Source of the DNA: Candidatus Poseidoniales archaeon
Lineage (GTDB): Archaea > Thermoplasmatota > Poseidoniia > Poseidoniales > Poseidoniaceae
DNA: 64,000 nucleotides
Direction of reading: 5' to 3'
NCBI GenBank assembly: GCA_038110525.1
Contig: JAYNJV010000003.1
Coordinates: 7,644-71,643, forward strand
The translations under genes were made by a program, and so were the position numbers. The first letter of the stretch is position 1. Each line of letters starts with the position of its first letter. Below the pieces are notes generated by a model, which did not search any database, was not told the DNA's origin, and saw only the letters and a program-made list of their open reading frames with translations. Shown one piece after another: positions 60,260 through 64,000 of the stretch.

Positions 60260-61648
60260 ATGATTGAGAAACACATGGCCGAAGGATGGAAACGTCGTTG
60301 GAAACCTTCGGGAAAAAAAAGCAAATTAAGCCTCATTCCAATTTTAGAAGTACACCCTTTTAGGCCAACCTCTATCATCAAATGGGAACTTCCAGTTTCC
60401 AAAAGTCACGCCATTCGATATTTGATATTGGCAGCACAATCGAATGATGTTGTATCATTTTCAAATATGAAAAATGCTGGAGAAGATATTGTAGCCATGA
60501 AAGATTGTTTGGCTCAGCTCGGTGTCAAAATTGAAGAAGCCGATGACGCGTGGATTGTTCATGGGGTCGGCCCCAATGGCTTTCATCCATCGAGAACTGT
60601 ACTCAATGCTCGAAATTCAGGCGTTACGTTTCGTTGCATCGTTGCCTTGTCATCTCGAATCGACGGAGTTTCAATGGTGGATGGAGATGCAAGTCTCCGA
60701 AAAAGGCCACATGGTGAATTGATTAAGTCCCTTGAACAGATGAATATTGAGGTATCCTTTGGAACCAAAGAAGAATCATTGCCTCTTCTATTTCAGGGAA
60801 ATCCACATACTATTGACAAGTTATACGTTGATGGCTCAAGAACAAGTCAACCAATTACTGCATGGATTTGTGCATCTCCTGGTTTTGAACATGGACTTAC
60901 CATTCAAACCCAAGGAGATTTGGTGTCCACACGGCATAGCGAACTCTCAATTGAACTCGCAAAGGAACATAGTGCCGACATCGAACAAAATGGCAACCAA
61001 ATCATAATTCAACCATGGACGCCATCGTTCAAAGACGATTCATCGTCCATCAAAATTCCTTCAGATGCCTCGATGATAAGTTTTGCAATGCTTGCCGGAA
61101 AAGCTCTAAATGCCACGATTCAAGTTGAAAATCTACCTTCCAAAGAACAAAGCATTGGGCATGAAATTTTATCAGATGTTGCTTCCCAATTAGGAATTGA
61201 CATCGATGCAGGCCGAATCACGAATTGTGTATCAACCGAATTTGCACATATTGACCTAAGGGATGCCAATGACCTCATCACTCCACTTTCTGCAATCCTT
61301 GCATTATCATCAGGAGGTAAAATTTCGTCAATTAGCCATGCTGCTTACAAGGAAAGCAATAGAATTGATTCGACGATACGGCTGCTTCACCAGTTTGGCT
61401 TGAAATCGACGTTCATTGACAATGCACTTGAAGTCGAAGGTCAACAACAACTTACCACTCCAACTGATGTCGTAAAAACCTACGGAGACCACAGAATTCA
61501 GATGACGGCCACGATTCTCGCCCTTGCTTGCGATGGAAAAGTCATGGTTGAGGGTAGTTCGTTGCATACTGTTGCAGATCCGGATGCTGTGAATCGATTC
61601 ATACAGGCAGGAGCCCAAATTACAACATCGTTGCACAACCCCAATTAA
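60260..61648 (+). CDS. aroA: 3-phosphoshikimate 1-carboxyvinyltransferase (EPSP synthase)
   Basis: 'LPVSKSHAIRYLILAAQS', 'ARNSGVTFR', 'GDHRIQMTATILALA' are EPSPS signatures. The N-terminal 20 aa are atypical, so the start is uncertain. Confidence 0.85.
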   Translation: MIEKHMAEGWKRRWKPSGKKSKLSLIPILEVHPFRPTSIIKWELPVSKSHAIRYLILAAQSNDVVSFSNMKNAGEDIVAMKDCLAQLGVKIEEADDAWIVHGVGPNGFHPSRTVLNARNSGVTFRCIVALSSRIDGVSMVDGDASLRKRPHGELIKSLEQMNIEVSFGTKEESLPLLFQGNPHTIDKLYVDGSRTSQPITAWICASPGFEHGLTIQTQGDLVSTRHSELSIELAKEHSADIEQNGNQIIIQPWTPSFKDDSSSIKIPSDASMISFAMLAGKALNATIQVENLPSKEQSIGHEILSDVASQLGIDIDAGRITNCVSTEFAHIDLRDANDLITPLSAILALSSGGKISSISHAAYKESNRIDSTIRLLHQFGLKSTFIDNALEVEGQQQLTTPTDVVKTYGDHRIQMTATILALACDGKVMVEGSSLHTVADPDAVNRFIQAGAQITTSLHNPN

Positions 61649-61649
61649 A

Positions 61650-63680
61650 TCAACCATGTCGACCAAAATGGTGGTCTAAGGCATCAATGGAAAGCTTAAG
61701 TGATGTAGGGCGACCATGAACACAAGCCCATGGATTCGGTATTCTCTTCATATCTTCTAACAATCGTCTCATCTCCGGCAAAGACAATGGTTCATTGGCC
61801 TTTACAGCACCTCTGCATGCTTGCAAGAAGGCGATATGGTCTTTCAAATTTTCAATGGTTGGAATTGTTGTGGCATCCTCAGATAAATCATTGAGTATAT
61901 CGATAAACATTTCATCAAACCTTTCACCTGAAATTGCCATTGGATACGCAAGAACGCTCCAGACACCTCCTTCATGAGAAAATTCAAATCCAATCGCCTT
62001 CAATGTATCTAAATTCGCTTCCAAATATGCCTGTTGTCTCGCAGTGAGTTGTATTTCTTTTGCGACAATGCGGTGTTGCATTTCCCAATCTTGGTCAAGA
62101 TACCGAATTCTTTCGTATCGAATTCGTTCATGGAGTGCGTGCTGGTCAATGAGAAGGAGGTCGTTTTCAGATTGAACAAGGATGTATGACTGGGCGAATT
62201 GTGCAAGTGGCTCCATTGAAGGTAATTCATTCAAATCACCAGCCAATACTGGCTCACCTTGCGGCGAAATGCTATCATCGATTGAACCGTACCGGTGGAG
62301 TTCCCTCTCCTTCGAAGATAGCGGAGGTGATACAAATTTCTCATCTGTGGCTGCGAGTGTAGTTTGAGAGAGTGGAGAAGTGGATATCGGTCGCGGAATT
62401 GGTTGACTCGATTCAATCTGCTTCGAAATTTCACCCTGTAAATTCAATTGTTGACCTGCTGATTGTACCCAGGCAGGAGGTGCAGGCTTTTCAACAACTG
62501 AAGGAGATATTGGAATTCCAGCTGCTTGATTGAGGGATGGTTGGAAAGAAGAATGCTTTGATGTGTCTTCAATTCTATGTTTAGGTAGAGTTGTGATGTG
62601 ATCCAAGCCTGGAAGAGAGGCAGAGGCATCCGGTAAGGTTGGTATTTCAAGCAATGTATGTGCAATTGCACGCTCAAGACGCTCCAAAATTCTCCAAGAA
62701 TTTCTCAACCTCACTTCCCGTTTTGTGGGATGAACATTGACGTCCACATCACTGGGTAAACATTCAAGATGCAATACGGCGATTGGATGTCTGCCTTGCA
62801 TTAATCGGGTCTTGTATCCTTTCCGAATGGAGTTCAAAAATGGTGTTGAAGCTATCGGCCTTCCATTGATAAGGACATGAATTTCATCACCTTTACCTCG
62901 TGTGATTTCTGGTGTGCTAATGTATCCTGACCAGCGTTCGGCTCCAGGTATGTCTTCATCTTCTGATGGTGTTACGAGTGGAACCATTTCACTTGCTTGG
63001 GCACCCAAAATGTCATACAATCGGTCTTGACCATCTTCATTTCGAGGAATATTGAGTAAGGTTCTTCCATCGCTATTCAATACAAATCCTATGTTTGGGT
63101 TTGCCAACGCATGTCCCACGACTGCGTCAATGATTTTAGCAACCTCGGATTGAGGCCGTTTCTGAAACGCAAGTCGTGCTGGAGTGTTTGAAAATAAATC
63201 TCTGACGATCACGCTCGTACCATTCGGCATACCTTTTGGTTGAATATCTCCAATCGTTCCGTATGACATTGTCATCATCGCTCCTTCAGCCCCTTCTTTT
63301 CGTGAAGCAAGTTCCATTTCTGAAACCATACCAATACTCGCTAATGCTTCTCCTCGAAATCCAAGAGAAAAAATAGCCTCAAGGTCAGTATGTTGTTGAA
63401 GTTTTGAAGTCGCATGACGTTGAAAGGCAACTCCTAAATCTTCATAATGGATTCCAATTCCATTGTCAATTATCTCTATAGAAGCAAATCCTCCATTCTG
63501 GATGTTGACCGTTATCATCGAACTCTTTGCGTCAATACTGTTTTCAAGCAACTCTTTGACAACCTGTGCGGGTCGTTCAACCACTTCTCCCGCTGCAATG
63601 TGTCCAATGGTTTCCTCGTCGAGTTGGATAATTCTCGCATCACTCAGATGAACCACCTCCAAGTTGATTTGAAATGTCAT
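61650..63680 (-). CDS. mutL: DNA mismatch repair protein MutL
   Basis: GHKL ATPase N-terminus 'IIQLDEETIGHIAAGEVVERPAQVVKELLENSIDA', 'GFRGEAL', and a C-terminal dimerisation/endonuclease domain ('QHALHERIRYE', 'ACRGAVKANEPL'). The longer ORF-track N-terminus is out-of-frame mutS sequence. Start assigned to ATG 63680, with alternative GTG 63656 or TTG 63662. Confidence 0.85.
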   Translation of the reverse strand: MTFQINLEVVHLSDARIIQLDEETIGHIAAGEVVERPAQVVKELLENSIDAKSSMITVNIQNGGFASIEIIDNGIGIHYEDLGVAFQRHATSKLQQHTDLEAIFSLGFRGEALASIGMVSEMELASRKEGAEGAMMTMSYGTIGDIQPKGMPNGTSVIVRDLFSNTPARLAFQKRPQSEVAKIIDAVVGHALANPNIGFVLNSDGRTLLNIPRNEDGQDRLYDILGAQASEMVPLVTPSEDEDIPGAERWSGYISTPEITRGKGDEIHVLINGRPIASTPFLNSIRKGYKTRLMQGRHPIAVLHLECLPSDVDVNVHPTKREVRLRNSWRILERLERAIAHTLLEIPTLPDASASLPGLDHITTLPKHRIEDTSKHSSFQPSLNQAAGIPISPSVVEKPAPPAWVQSAGQQLNLQGEISKQIESSQPIPRPISTSPLSQTTLAATDEKFVSPPLSSKERELHRYGSIDDSISPQGEPVLAGDLNELPSMEPLAQFAQSYILVQSENDLLLIDQHALHERIRYERIRYLDQDWEMQHRIVAKEIQLTARQQAYLEANLDTLKAIGFEFSHEGGVWSVLAYPMAISGERFDEMFIDILNDLSEDATTIPTIENLKDHIAFLQACRGAVKANEPLSLPEMRRLLEDMKRIPNPWACVHGRPTSLKLSIDALDHHFGRHG

Positions 63681-64000
63681 ACAAGATTTGCAGAGCTTCA
63701 AGAGGAGAAAGTTTCTCGACATTGAGGGATTGCAGTCGGTCAATAATCTCTTGATTCGGTGAAGGAACCTCGATTGCTTCTTTTGTTTGTGTGTAAATCC
63801 CAAACAGACTTTTCTGAAGGTGATCTCTTGATGCAGGGGCATATTTTTCTCCAGCTCTTGCGCCCGACGCTTGCTGTTCGAGGAACTTGAGGACGTCGAG
63901 AGAACGCTCAACGACATGTTGAGGAACACCAGCCAATGCAGCCACTTGAATTCCGTATGAATCATCACATGGTCCATCGGCTACCGTATGAAGAAATTCT
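63640..64000 (-). CDS. mutS: DNA mismatch repair protein MutS, C-terminal end (gene continues beyond the window)
   Basis: 'AGVPQHVVERSLDVLKFLEQ...LSPLEALQILYDI' is the MutS C-terminal helix-turn-helix dimerisation region. The upstream frame remains open to position 64000. Confidence 0.75.
   Translation of the reverse strand, partial: EFLHTVADGPCDDSYGIQVAALAGVPQHVVERSLDVLKFLEQQASGARAGEKYAPASRDHLQKSLFGIYTQTKEAIEVPSPNQEIIDRLQSLNVEKLSPLEALQILYDISNQLGGGSSE

Noticed and set aside
61650-63977. ORF-track 775-aa MutL ORF with a 100-aa N-terminal extension ('MDHVMIHTEF…')
   Set aside because: The extension is the out-of-frame translation of the mutS 3' end. The real MutL N-terminus ('IIQLDEETIGHIAAGEVV') starts around 63656-63680, so the gene was trimmed.

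Overview
The window reads as a gene-dense (about 90% coding) stretch of an archaeal chromosome with mid-range GC, and I found no rRNA, tRNA, CRISPR array or obvious transposon. Archaeal identity rests on the hallmark genes present: aTrm56, class I LysRS, aIF2-beta, aRF1 with a NIKS motif, Nog1, Hel308, Cgi121, RPA, geranylgeranyl reductase and a class III signal-peptide pilin. It also carries a large bacterial-type complement: carAB, DNA gyrase gyrBA, mutS-mutL, tldD/pmbA and folB. By inference only, that gene mix fits a mesophilic Thermoplasmatota-type euryarchaeon, possibly Marine Group II-like.

Beyond housekeeping genes, the accessory content I would look at first is:
- a type IV pilus-like assembly locus whose two-domain platform gene is interrupted by a single in-frame TGA, with the ATPase downstream and a pilin about 5 kb away;
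- a convergent operon encoding a protein with three tandem SAP motifs plus a long coiled coil, next to a divergent HemC/PBP-fold protein;
- a second SAP-motif protein fused through a transmembrane helix to an extracellular M28 aminopeptidase that contains a G9 homopolymer;
- a cell-surface proteolysis island (signal-peptide M28 peptidase, a 1398-aa HExxH zinc metalloprotease with at least five PKD domains and a C-terminal membrane anchor, plus membrane partners);
- a thymidylate kinase fused to an unknown roughly 230-aa domain;
- several unrecognised ORFs with zinc ribbons or tight operon context.
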